64,000 bases of DNA, taken from the NCBI GenBank assembly GCA_964447405.1, contig CAYUSP010000003.1:691723-755722 (forward strand), in the 5' to 3' direction. Below, one piece after another: positions 56,475 to 64,000 of the stretch (position 1 is the stretch's first letter; the number at the start of each line of letters is the position of its first letter). Below the pieces are notes generated by a model, which was not told where the DNA came from, did no database searches, and saw only the letters and a list, made by a program, of their open reading frames with translations. The stretch is from an uncultured Nitrospiraceae bacterium. GTDB taxonomy: Bacteria > Nitrospirota > UBA9217. The translations under genes were made by a program, and so were the position numbers.

Positions 56475-57632
56475 TTACACTATTCTCCTCAATCCGTCAG
56501 CGATCCTGATCGTTGCGCCGCGCCAGGTCGGGAAGACTCCTGCCACAGCACCGACGATAAATGCTGCAAGGAAATCAAGATAGATGGTCTCCGGTGTGAG
56601 ACGGAACACAGGGAAGAACGCGCCCAGTTTTTGGCCGATCCACTCTGCCGCCGGGAAACTGAGCGCCACGCCCACTACCCCGCCGGCCATGGCAATAACC
56701 AGCGACTCGCCGAAGACCACGCCTGCAACATGCCAGCCGCCGAAGCCCAGGGTCTTCAGGGTGGCGTATTCGGCAATGCGTTCCCGGGCTGTCATGGCCA
56801 TGGTGTTCGCCGCGACGACCATGATGATCACGATGACCACATAGGAGACCAGCCGGATAGCGACCACGATGGCCTCGGTCATGGACACAAAGCTCATCTG
56901 GAACGACCGTTCCGTCTCGGTTAGCGTCTCGGCAAGTGAGTTCTTGAACATGCCATCTACATAAAGCGATACTTCAGCAGCCAGGTCCGGGCTGGTTAGC
57001 CCCAGAACATAGAATCCGACCTGGTCCGCCCGCTGCGGCGCGGTTTTCCGAACCGACTCGTTTAGATAGTCCCAGTGAAAGAAGAATTGCGAGGTGTCGG
57101 TGATGCGTTCCGCACCCCGGTAAATGCCGCGCACCACGAACTCCCACTGGCCGGGAAAGATGGTGCCGCGCAGGGTCACGATGTCCCCGCCCTTCCAGCC
57201 GAAGCGCTCTGCCGTGCTCTTGCCCACGACGCAGCCTTTTCGGTCTACAAGGAAGGCCTTCCTTTCCTCGGCAGTGAGCACGTATTCCGGGTAAAGATCC
57301 AGGTAGGTCTTCGGCTCCACCGCAAAATTAGGGAAGAAGTTCTTCTCGTCGATATAGACCCCGCCGAACCAATTCCCCGAGGAAACCGTAGTAACGCCGG
57401 GAACCTGGCGGATCTTTTCCAGATATGAGGCAGGCAGGAGGAAAATCAGGGAGATGGCGTTCCTCGTCACGAGACGGGAGGCGGAGGAGGATTCCACGCC
57501 AAGGTACCACGCGGCAACAAGGGTTCGCAGGAGCCCGAAGGCCAGCACGGCAATGGCGACGCCGACAATGGTAAGCGTTGACCTGAGCTTGTGGCGGAAG
57601 GCGTTCCGGATGATGAGCTTAAGCACGAACAT
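56475..57632 (-). CDS. ABC transporter permease, FtsX/MacB-type (first of two)
   Basis: 385 aa with the same architecture as 55070..56236 (...[15 protein letters not shown]...). Confidence 0.85.
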   Translation of the reverse strand: MFVLKLIIRNAFRHKLRSTLTIVGVAIAVLAFGLLRTLVAAWYLGVESSSASRLVTRNAISLIFLLPASYLEKIRQVPGVTTVSSGNWFGGVYIDEKNFFPNFAVEPKTYLDLYPEYVLTAEERKAFLVDRKGCVVGKSTAERFGWKGGDIVTLRGTIFPGQWEFVVRGIYRGAERITDTSQFFFHWDYLNESVRKTAPQRADQVGFYVLGLTSPDLAAEVSLYVDGMFKNSLAETLTETERSFQMSFVSMTEAIVVAIRLVSYVVIVIIMVVAANTMAMTARERIAEYATLKTLGFGGWHVAGVVFGESLVIAMAGGVVGVALSFPAAEWIGQKLGAFFPVFRLTPETIYLDFLAAFIVGAVAGVFPTWRGATIRIADGLRRIV

Positions 57633-58314
57633 CGTTCATCACGCCCTTCTCAAGGTGCCGGACCAGATGGGCCTTTTCCGCGGCCCGGGGATCATGGGTC
57701 ACCATGATGATTGTTTTGTTGAACTCCTTGTTGAGGCGAGTCATGAGTCCGAGCACATCCTCTGCCGAGACGCGATCCAGGTCTCCCGTGGGTTCGTCGG
57801 CAACAAGGATCGTCGGGTCCGTGACCACGGCGCGGGCGATCGCCACTCGCTGCTGCTGTCCGCCCGAGAGCTGGGAGGGGTAATGGTCCATGCGGTCCTG
57901 GAGGTTCACGACTGCAAGAGCCATCTCCACATGTTCGCGCCGCTCCTTCCGGGTAAGCCGGGTCAGCAGAAGCGGCAGTTCCACGTTCTCATAGGCGGTG
58001 AGCACCGGCATGAGGTTGTAGAACTGGAAGATGAAGCCGACATTGATGGCGCGCCACCCGGCAAGGTCTGTTTCGGAAAGGGTCGAAATGTCCACGCCGC
58101 CGATGATGACCGAACCGCTGTCCGCCTTGTCGATGCCCGCAAGGATGTTCAGGAGAGTGCTCTTGCCGGATCCGGATGGCCCCATGAGCGCCAGGAATTC
58201 ACCGTCGCAGATCTCGAACGTGATGTTCTCGAGCACGGGTACCGTCTGGGACCCACGCTGGTAGGATTTATTGAGGTCCTTGACAGTGACGATGTTTTGG
58301 GGGCAGCGGTCCAC
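57619..58314 (-). CDS. ABC transporter ATP-binding protein (MacB/LolD-type)
   Basis: 231 aa with [24 protein letters not shown] and [11 protein letters not shown]. Its GTG start overlaps the upstream TAG stop by 1 nt. Confidence 0.9.
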   Translation of the reverse strand: MDRCPQNIVTVKDLNKSYQRGSQTVPVLENITFEICDGEFLALMGPSGSGKSTLLNILAGIDKADSGSVIIGGVDISTLSETDLAGWRAINVGFIFQFYNLMPVLTAYENVELPLLLTRLTRKERREHVEMALAVVNLQDRMDHYPSQLSGGQQQRVAIARAVVTDPTILVADEPTGDLDRVSAEDVLGLMTRLNKEFNKTIIMVTHDPRAAEKAHLVRHLEKGVMNDVRA

Positions 58315-59483
58315 TATTTTTCTTTCCGCGTGACAGTCGAACCGTTCTTGAGCTTTTTCGGGGGATTCAGCACGACCTTGTCGCCCGGCATCAGGCCGCT
58401 GGCAACTTCGATTCCGTCGCCAATCTTTCCGCCGAGCGTTACCGTCGTCTCTTTGGCCTTGTCATCCTTTACCACGAACACAAGCTGCCGCCCGTTCCGG
58501 GAAACGAGGGCTGCCGGGTTCACCGCGGTCTTGGGCGCCTCCTCATTGCCAATAACAGCGCGTTCGAGGAAGGCTACGCGGGCGCTCATCTCGGGTAGGA
58601 CGCGCGGATCGACCTCCAGGAAGCGCACCTTGACCATAATCGATGCCTTGCTCCGATCGGCGGTCGGAACGATCATATGCACAACGCCGCGGAAGCGGTT
58701 GTCCGGCAGGGCATCGAGCTGGATCTCGCAAGGCTGGTCTTTCTTCACCTTGGAAAGGTTCGATTCTGAAACATCCACCTCGACCTGGAGCGAGGTCATA
58801 TCCGCGATGGTCACGACCGAAGCCTTGGCATTTGCCGCGGCTCCCAGGGGCGTAACGATGTCGCCCACATCGGCGTTCTTTGTCAGCACAACAGCGTCAA
58901 ATGGCGCCCGGATCAAGGTATACTCAACGGCGACCTGCGCCGACCGGAGAGCCGCCTCCGCGCCAGCCACCGCGGCCTGAGACCGTTTCAGGCGCGTATC
59001 AGCAACTTCAAGCTCGGACTGCGCCACATATCCCTTTTCCCGCAGTTCCTTCATGCGGCCGAAGTGCTGCTGCGCGTCGGCCAATTCGGCTTTTGCGCTG
59101 CTCACGCCCGCAACAGCCTGATCGCTTGCTGCCAGCACATCCTTGTTCTCCAGCCGGGCAATGACCGCTCCTGCACGGACCTTGCTCCCCTCCTCCACGC
59201 CGAGCCATTCCATGCGGCCAGTAGTCTTGGATGCCACGGCAGCCTTACGCTGGGCTACGATATATCCACTTGCGTTCAGAAGGGTGAAAGATTGGGAAGG
59301 GAAGACGCGGGAAACAACCGAGGTCTCAACTTCAAGAGTCGGGTTGCCTGCGATCACTACAACAGCGGACACGGCAACGGCGGCACCCAGAGCGATCAGG
59401 CCCCACCGCGGGATCTTCTGTTTTCGCTGGAAGTTCGCACCGGATTTATCAAGCTTGAGTTTTGACAAGTCGGTGTTCGTCAC
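58314..59483 (-). CDS. Efflux transporter periplasmic adaptor (HlyD/MacA family)
   Basis: 389 aa. It has an N-terminal TM helix, a lipoyl/barrel-sandwich region, a coiled-coil hairpin (AELADAQQHFGRMKEL...) and beta-barrel segments. Confidence 0.85.
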   Translation of the reverse strand: MTNTDLSKLKLDKSGANFQRKQKIPRWGLIALGAAVAVSAVVVIAGNPTLEVETSVVSRVFPSQSFTLLNASGYIVAQRKAAVASKTTGRMEWLGVEEGSKVRAGAVIARLENKDVLAASDQAVAGVSSAKAELADAQQHFGRMKELREKGYVAQSELEVADTRLKRSQAAVAGAEAALRSAQVAVEYTLIRAPFDAVVLTKNADVGDIVTPLGAAANAKASVVTIADMTSLQVEVDVSESNLSKVKKDQPCEIQLDALPDNRFRGVVHMIVPTADRSKASIMVKVRFLEVDPRVLPEMSARVAFLERAVIGNEEAPKTAVNPAALVSRNGRQLVFVVKDDKAKETTVTLGGKIGDGIEVASGLMPGDKVVLNPPKKLKNGSTVTRKEK

Positions 59484-59608
59484 GCGTGCTCCCTCGCTGT
59501 GCGATCGACTATCATATGCCCCTCATGCCCGTACGCGCGGATGTTTTCCTGCTTGCAGTACAGGCGATCCCACTTGCGGACTGAGGAATGCGATCACAGG
59601 ATATGCTG

Positions 59609-59812
59609 CTAGCCGCGGACCCGCTTGATCGTACCGTTATTGAGGAGCTGGTGAAACTGGGAAAGCAGTGCTTCTTCTTCCTTGTCGATGTGGCCGTCTT
59701 TATTCGCGTGCTCCATGATCTGGTTATATTCGTCAGGAGTGATCTCGAGATCACTGATGGCATGATTAATAAGCTCCTTCAGCCCGGTCGCGGATTTGCT
59801 CGGTTTTTCCAT
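59609..59812 (-). CDS. Small hypothetical acidic protein (67 aa)
   Basis: It has a strong promoter (next feature) and a GGGAGA RBS. I recognise no family. Confidence 0.5.
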   Translation of the reverse strand: MEKPSKSATGLKELINHAISDLEITPDEYNQIMEHANKDGHIDKEEEALLSQFHQLLNNGTIKRVRG

Positions 59813-59856
59813 GGTTGTTCTCCCTTTTGCATGTGGATTTGTTGTTGAGTTGTCGT

Positions 59857-59885
59857 AGTATACCGATGAGCCCCGTTCCTGTCAA
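59857..59885 (-). promoter_or_regulatory. Near-consensus sigma-70 promoter TTGACA-17-TATACT
   Basis: On the minus strand, -35 is at 59880-59885 and -10 at 59857-59862, ~45 nt upstream of the ATG at 59812. Confidence 0.55.
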
Positions 59886-59971
59886 CATCACGCTAACGTT
59901 CGGGAAATTGCTGCAGTTGCTTGACATGGTCTGATTCATTTGCCACGGAAATGATACACGAATTTAATTCG

Positions 59972-60715
59972 TTATCGATTTTCCGTTCCTTTGCCGGTAT
60001 ACGCAGCATAATGCAGGTCGGTCGTGTTCTTATAGCCGCGATAGAACTTTTTTGCTATGACATTCAAGAGCGGGTCGGTCAGGCCGTTTAAAAAAGCGTA
60101 ATCAACATTGTCGGCGATGTGGTGTCGCGCGTGGTGTCGTTTGGACAGAAAAACGCCGCTCCTGTTTATCACCCGAGTAATCCCTGAATCCGGAACGTGG
60201 CAGCAGTAATGAGTAACCTCCGCAAAAGAGGATACTATCCCTATATACGCCAGGGTCCAGGAAAGAAAAGGAGGGAGAATTGCGCTCTCGATCAATAAGG
60301 CTGCTGCCAGGAGATATCCCACAAGCCAGATCTTTGATCCTGATTCATTGAAGTAAACTACCGGAAGGGTTTTTTCTTTATACAGCGGGGTTCTATGGTG
60401 CAAATGGAAGGCGGCGATCAACGGCCCAACCGGAGAATCGTAGTTGCCATTATTGTCCATGTACATATGGACCAGGCCGTTGAGGAAGTCAGCTGCCAGA
60501 TAGGCCGTGAAAAACGAGAGAACCTGCAATGGCGCTCCCAGGGAAAGAGGAAGAACCAGATACAGAACTAAAAGCTGCAACGAGACAACGAGGATGGACA
60601 CTACTTTGCCGATCCCGGTATAAATGCTTTTTTGTTCATATAATTCCATGGCAGCATTAAACTGTTGCTGTTTAAGGGTCAGTACCTGGTCGTCTATCAT
60701 GGCAAGCCCTTTCAT
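59972..60715 (-). CDS. His-box membrane desaturase-like protein, candidate CarF/TMEM189 (Kua) family lipid desaturase
   Basis: It has multiple TM helices and histidine clusters (VHMYMD, FHLHHR, THYCCH, RHHARHH), and is ~250 aa. The start is uncertain (TTG 60742, ATG 60715 or ATG 60700). It looks AT-richer than its neighbours by eye. Confidence 0.5.
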   Translation of the reverse strand: MKGLAMIDDQVLTLKQQQFNAAMELYEQKSIYTGIGKVVSILVVSLQLLVLYLVLPLSLGAPLQVLSFFTAYLAADFLNGLVHMYMDNNGNYDSPVGPLIAAFHLHHRTPLYKEKTLPVVYFNESGSKIWLVGYLLAAALLIESAILPPFLSWTLAYIGIVSSFAEVTHYCCHVPDSGITRVINRSGVFLSKRHHARHHIADNVDYAFLNGLTDPLLNVIAKKFYRGYKNTTDLHYAAYTGKGTENR

Positions 60716-60753
60716 GATCGCATCACGTGATACTCGTGTCAATGCATGTTACC

Positions 60754-61728
60754 CTAGTCCATCGGGTATTGCTGAAAGAATTGCCATATGATCTGCGTTG
60801 CATCAAAGCCTTTCAGCGGATGATCTTCCGGAAGCGCTTTCATAAAGGGCCCTCCGGGCCACTCGTGTCCCCAGTTGAACACGCGGACGGTCCGCACCTC
60901 GTTCCCGTTGTTGGCATCTTTCCATGATTCTTCTACAACCATCCCGTTAAACGCGTCCTTCCAAACCGGGCCTGCAGCAGACTTGTTGGAAGCGATCCAG
61001 AAATCCTTTGCATGGGAAACCGGCCGATACTCCCGAGCGCTTTTGCGGTCGAGGGGTTTCCCCCCTTCATAGGGGACCGTCTTGTCCGCATCCCCATGCA
61101 TGATCAGGAACGGGACCGGACGCTCCGGTGCCGGCAGAGGCCACTCCAATGCGTCCTGCGACACCCTGCTGTTGATGGCGCCGGCAACCGAGGCTGCAGC
61201 TGCCAGCAAGGATGATCGTTCCGCTGCAAACCGGTAGGTCATCATGCCCCCATTCGAAAAACCCATCATGTAGATACGGCGCTTGTCGATAGCGTACTGT
61301 TTGCCAATCCCCTTGATGGCAGCCTCTATGAAGGCCACATCGTTCCAATTATCTTCAACAGCTTTGCCGCAGCAATGCCCTGCGTTCCAGTGCTGCAAAA
61401 ATCCCAGGATGCCTATGCCCTCGGGGTACATCACGATGAAGCCATCGCGATCAGCGAGCTGACTCCATCCCGACCATTTCTCCATTTCCCGTGCAGTGCT
61501 GAACGCGCCGTGCAGAACCACGACGAGAGGATAGGAACGGGAACTAGTGTACCCCGGGGGAATATGCAGCAAATAGCGACGATCATTGTTACCTGTCCGC
61601 AGAGAGAGATCATCCCCGAATGTACCGGGATCCATAGTTACGCTCCTGGTTCCTGGATAAGCGCAACCAATAAGCACGCAGATAAGCAAAATCCAGATCT
61701 GCTGGTAATGACTGAACAGAGAGGTCAT
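60754..61728 (-). CDS. Secreted alpha/beta-hydrolase esterase, PHB-depolymerase/LpqC family (lipoprotein)
   Basis: It has a lipobox (LLICVLIGC), then YPLVVVLHG...DGFIVMYPEG...WNAGHCCG...MMGFSNGGMM (nucleophile elbow GFSNG). Confidence 0.7.
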   Translation of the reverse strand: MTSLFSHYQQIWILLICVLIGCAYPGTRSVTMDPGTFGDDLSLRTGNNDRRYLLHIPPGYTSSRSYPLVVVLHGAFSTAREMEKWSGWSQLADRDGFIVMYPEGIGILGFLQHWNAGHCCGKAVEDNWNDVAFIEAAIKGIGKQYAIDKRRIYMMGFSNGGMMTYRFAAERSSLLAAAASVAGAINSRVSQDALEWPLPAPERPVPFLIMHGDADKTVPYEGGKPLDRKSAREYRPVSHAKDFWIASNKSAAGPVWKDAFNGMVVEESWKDANNGNEVRTVRVFNWGHEWPGGPFMKALPEDHPLKGFDATQIIWQFFQQYPMD

Positions 61729-62243
61729 GGTTTGACTTGCTTTACAAATCTCCCCTTATACGTGGCGCGGCCGTCGCATTTTTCGAAGATGAACTGGCAG
61801 ATCCTGGTGCCGGGATACAGAGCCAGCGGCGCATAGCCCAGGTTCACGATCTCCAGGACCTGATGGTTGGAGATGCCGGGATGCATGAAACCGGCGGTCA
61901 CGTGGACTGCAAGGCCGAAGCGCGCGAACCTGCTCCGGCCTTCGAGCCGGCCGGAGATGGTATCAGCAAGAGTGATCTTTTCCTTCGTGATGCCCAGGAC
62001 CATCTCACCGGGCTTGATCACGATGAAACTGCCATCCTTGACATGGACCGCCTTGGTGATGTCCTGAAAATCAGAATCGTTCTTAACGTGATACACTTTT
62101 GATTTTTTCTTGAAGATCCTGAAATCATTTCCGAGCGTAAGGTCGATGGAACCCGGCCCGATCTGCGTTTTGTCGAGCGGCTCGATCTTGATCAATTCAC
62201 TTTTTAATGCTTTCGCGATTTCCTTGCCGATCAGCACACTCAT
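61725..62243 (-). CDS. dcd: dCTP deaminase family protein
   Basis: 172 aa with ...IGPGSIDLTLGN.F..F... and ...GRLEGRSRFARFGLAVHVTAGFMHPG..., a dUTPase-fold Dcd pattern. Confidence 0.75.
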   Translation of the reverse strand: MSVLIGKEIAKALKSELIKIEPLDKTQIGPGSIDLTLGNDFRIFKKKSKVYHVKNDSDFQDITKAVHVKDGSFIVIKPGEMVLGITKEKITLADTISGRLEGRSRFARFGLAVHVTAGFMHPGISNHQVLEIVNLGYAPLALYPGTRICQFIFEKCDGRATYKGRFVKQVKP

Positions 62244-62270
62244 GATATCCCAGCCTTTCCACTATTTATT

Positions 62271-63023
62271 TTATACTGATATCGGTCGGATATCATGCAC
62301 ATCTATCTTCACCAGCACCGGTCCCGGTATGGGCGTGTTGCCCACGAGCAGCGGGAGTGCCCGACGCCGTGTCGGGGCTTTGATCCTGCCGAAGGTCCGA
62401 TAGTCTTCGCACAGATGCGCGGCGTGCGCCCATCCGCCAACGACTTCGGCAGTATAATCCAGCCTGCGAAGAAGGAGCTGATCATCAAAATAGAATATCT
62501 GCTTTGTGGAATGCACGGGGACGTCATCGGGGAAAGTGGCCTGGATCCGCGAAAGCCCTGACAATGCGCCCGGCAAGGGATCGAGAATTTCCGTTACGAC
62601 CCCTTTACGTGCCAGCAGGAATGGAATGGCAAGGTAACCCCAGGTGGCATAGCCTGCAAAGTAGATGAAGTCCAGGTCGTCCCAGTAAAATAGCCTGCGG
62701 AGCCCCTTGAACGCGTCTCGTGGGTTCTCCCTTCGCGAGAGTACCACGCCGTTGCTGTCAACGATCCGGACCTCTTTGATTCCGATGAGTTCGGCAGTCT
62801 GCCCCGGCTTCGGATAATCCAGAAAAGAAAACCTCGGCTCACGGATCGATGCCCTCATGAGAACCCGCTTCAGAACAGGCCGCTGCTTCGCGGTAAACAG
62901 GAAACCGCTTGCTGATATTTCCGCTTCCAGCGCTTCAAGACTGTTCCAGTACTCCAATCCGCCGTGCACTTCTATAATCTCTTTCACGATCTGTTTCGGG
63001 TCCTTCTCGATCATCGCGAGCAT
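62271..63023 (-). CDS. Hypothetical protein (250 aa)
   Basis: It is a long ORF with codon usage like its neighbours. I recognise no family. Confidence 0.5.
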   Translation of the reverse strand: MLAMIEKDPKQIVKEIIEVHGGLEYWNSLEALEAEISASGFLFTAKQRPVLKRVLMRASIREPRFSFLDYPKPGQTAELIGIKEVRIVDSNGVVLSRRENPRDAFKGLRRLFYWDDLDFIYFAGYATWGYLAIPFLLARKGVVTEILDPLPGALSGLSRIQATFPDDVPVHSTKQIFYFDDQLLLRRLDYTAEVVGGWAHAAHLCEDYRTFGRIKAPTRRRALPLLVGNTPIPGPVLVKIDVHDIRPISV

Positions 63024-63043
63024 CCCTTCTCTGTACTTCTCGA

Positions 63044-63232
63044 CTACTCATCAATATCAGTGCTCTTTTGGAAAACCTGTGTATTCACGTTGCCGGACGC
63101 CGGCCCCCCGCATTCGGGGATGTAACAGGTAACATCCACATATTCGCACTTTTCCTTGCACGAGGGGCAGATTTCCGGAGGCCTGTCATCGGTTAGTGTA
63201 TAACCGCACTTGTTGCATTTCCATGTCGTCAT
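63044..63232 (-). CDS. Rubredoxin-like zinc-ribbon protein (62 aa)
   Basis: ORF trimmed to the ATG at 63232, preceded by AAGGAG. MTTWKCNKCGY...PPEICPSCKEKCEY has two CxxC knuckles. Confidence 0.6.
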   Translation of the reverse strand: MTTWKCNKCGYTLTDDRPPEICPSCKEKCEYVDVTCYIPECGGPASGNVNTQVFQKSTDIDE

Positions 63233-63306
63233 GTCAATCTCCTTTTTACAGGCAAACACACTGGTTTCGCACACGCTGTTCGCAGTCAATCCCGCTGACC
63301 GAAATG

Positions 63307-63786
63307 TCAGACGGCCTTTCGCGAAGATCGCGTTTTGGCTTTGGAAATCCCGGAAGGCCGGAGTTTTTTCCGCTGTGTTGTCTTCGGCGCATGCCAATTG
63401 TACGGGATGGGCTGAAGCATGCTCACGCGGTTGCCCTCAGAATCAATGAATGAGACATACGGTCCTACGCCGGGTATCTCCATGGGCTCGCCCAGTACTT
63501 TACCCCCCGCCTTAATCACTTTCTTTATTGATTTCCTGATATCGTCAACAGCAATAACGATAGAGGGATACTGCGCGGGCCAATCCGGTTTATTCTGGTA
63601 AAAGCCCCCGTTGATCGCGCCAGGCTTTTTGGGGCCGCTCTCGCCGGTTTCCGTGGTAGTTGCAACAACGTAATTGCCCATCTCCTTGCCAAGCATCTTT
63701 GTTTGCCAACCGAATGTTGATTTATAAAACTTCGCCATGCGCGTTCGATTGTCGTAGGGCATCTCAAAATGAACGACAGGGTCCAT
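63307..63786 (-). CDS. VOC (glyoxalase/bleomycin-resistance fold) family protein
   Basis: 159 aa. MDPVVHFEMPYDN..R...FY...FGW......MG.Y........G...INGG......P....IVIAVDDI......I.AGG is typical of this small VOC subgroup. Confidence 0.7.
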   Translation of the reverse strand: MDPVVHFEMPYDNRTRMAKFYKSTFGWQTKMLGKEMGNYVVATTTETGESGPKKPGAINGGFYQNKPDWPAQYPSIVIAVDDIRKSIKKVIKAGGKVLGEPMEIPGVGPYVSFIDSEGNRVSMLQPIPYNWHAPKTTQRKKLRPSGISKAKTRSSRKAV

Positions 63787-63865
63787 ATCATATCCTCCTT
63801 AAGCACGAGTTGAGTGCAGCTACTATGCAGCATTATTGTTCCGATGTTCCGGTGATTGTCCCCTT

Positions 63866-63903
63866 ATGCAAAAAGGCAGGATCCATCGCGGACCCTGCCT
63901 TTG
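63866..63903 (-). terminator. Rho-independent terminator after the partial gene at the right edge
   Basis: The minus strand reads AAGGCAGGGTCC-GCGAT-GGATCCTGCCTT followed by TTTTGC. Confidence 0.7.
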
Positions 63904-63923
63904 GTGAATCATTCCCTTTGGTA

Positions 63924-64000
63924 TCAGTCGCACGAAGTCAGCGTCGTTGGATTGATCACATACCAGACATCTTTCACGCCCTGTCCATTCGTATCGCCAG
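63924..64000 (-). CDS. C-terminal 24 codons of an unidentified gene extending beyond the right edge
   Basis: My own translation: ...GDTNGQGVKDVWYVINPTTLTSCD*, with the stop at 63924-63926, followed by a terminator. Confidence 0.35.
   Translation of the reverse strand, partial: GDTNGQGVKDVWYVINPTTLTSCD

Overview
A 64-kb chromosomal window from a GC-rich bacterium. Gene content (futalosine menaquinone genes, sigma-54 activators, a c-heme sensor kinase, many c-type cytochromes) suggests a Deltaproteobacteria/Thermodesulfobacteriota-like lineage, but that is inference only. Coding density is high and most genes are on the minus strand.

Gene blocks in order:
- Type II secretion operon gspC-D-E-F-G-H-I-J, running off the left edge.
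- Glutamine amidotransferase with a small upstream ORF.
- Peptidoglycan-salvage pair: a NamZ-like DUF1343 gene plus a fused MurU-like/AmgK-like gene.
- cca, a DUF4145 gene, and aroB-aroK-aroC.
- PPC/DUF296 gene, mqnB and mqnD.
- lemA and an M48 peptidase.
- Fused MoaD-MoaE.
- ccdA with a Cys-rich MerR regulator.
- Cyclohydrolase-like gene and folD.
- Porin-like outer-membrane protein.
- A six-gene signalling cluster: three histidine kinases, a PhnD-like binding protein, a REC-GAF-HD-GYP regulator and a sigma-54 activator.
- Nitrilase-family hydrolase, secA and katG.
- A cfa-like methyltransferase interrupted by one in-frame TAG.
- Cytochromes c, and a run of cation/metal-related membrane proteins with a P-type ATPase.
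- A MacAB-like ABC efflux set.
- A His-box desaturase-like gene, an esterase, dcd, and small redox/VOC genes.

I found no rRNA, tRNA, CRISPR array, transposase or integrase.

The most unusual signal is non-genic. A set of hairpin-bounded elements, with arms built from tandem 6-9-mers, each begins within 10 nt of a stop codon. Two of them carry AT-rich cargo genes (a GxxExxY protein and a four-helix-bundle / 23S-IVS-type protein). Each of these has a cargo-less counterpart elsewhere in the window with the same arms.

Other points worth a second look:
- G-quadruplex-type G-run tracts in the pseudopilin intercistronic regions.
- Two back-to-back leaderless-type promoters.
- A periplasmic CXXCH motif in a sensor kinase.
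- Several gene fusions.

All functional calls come from reading the translated sequences by eye. No database search was run.
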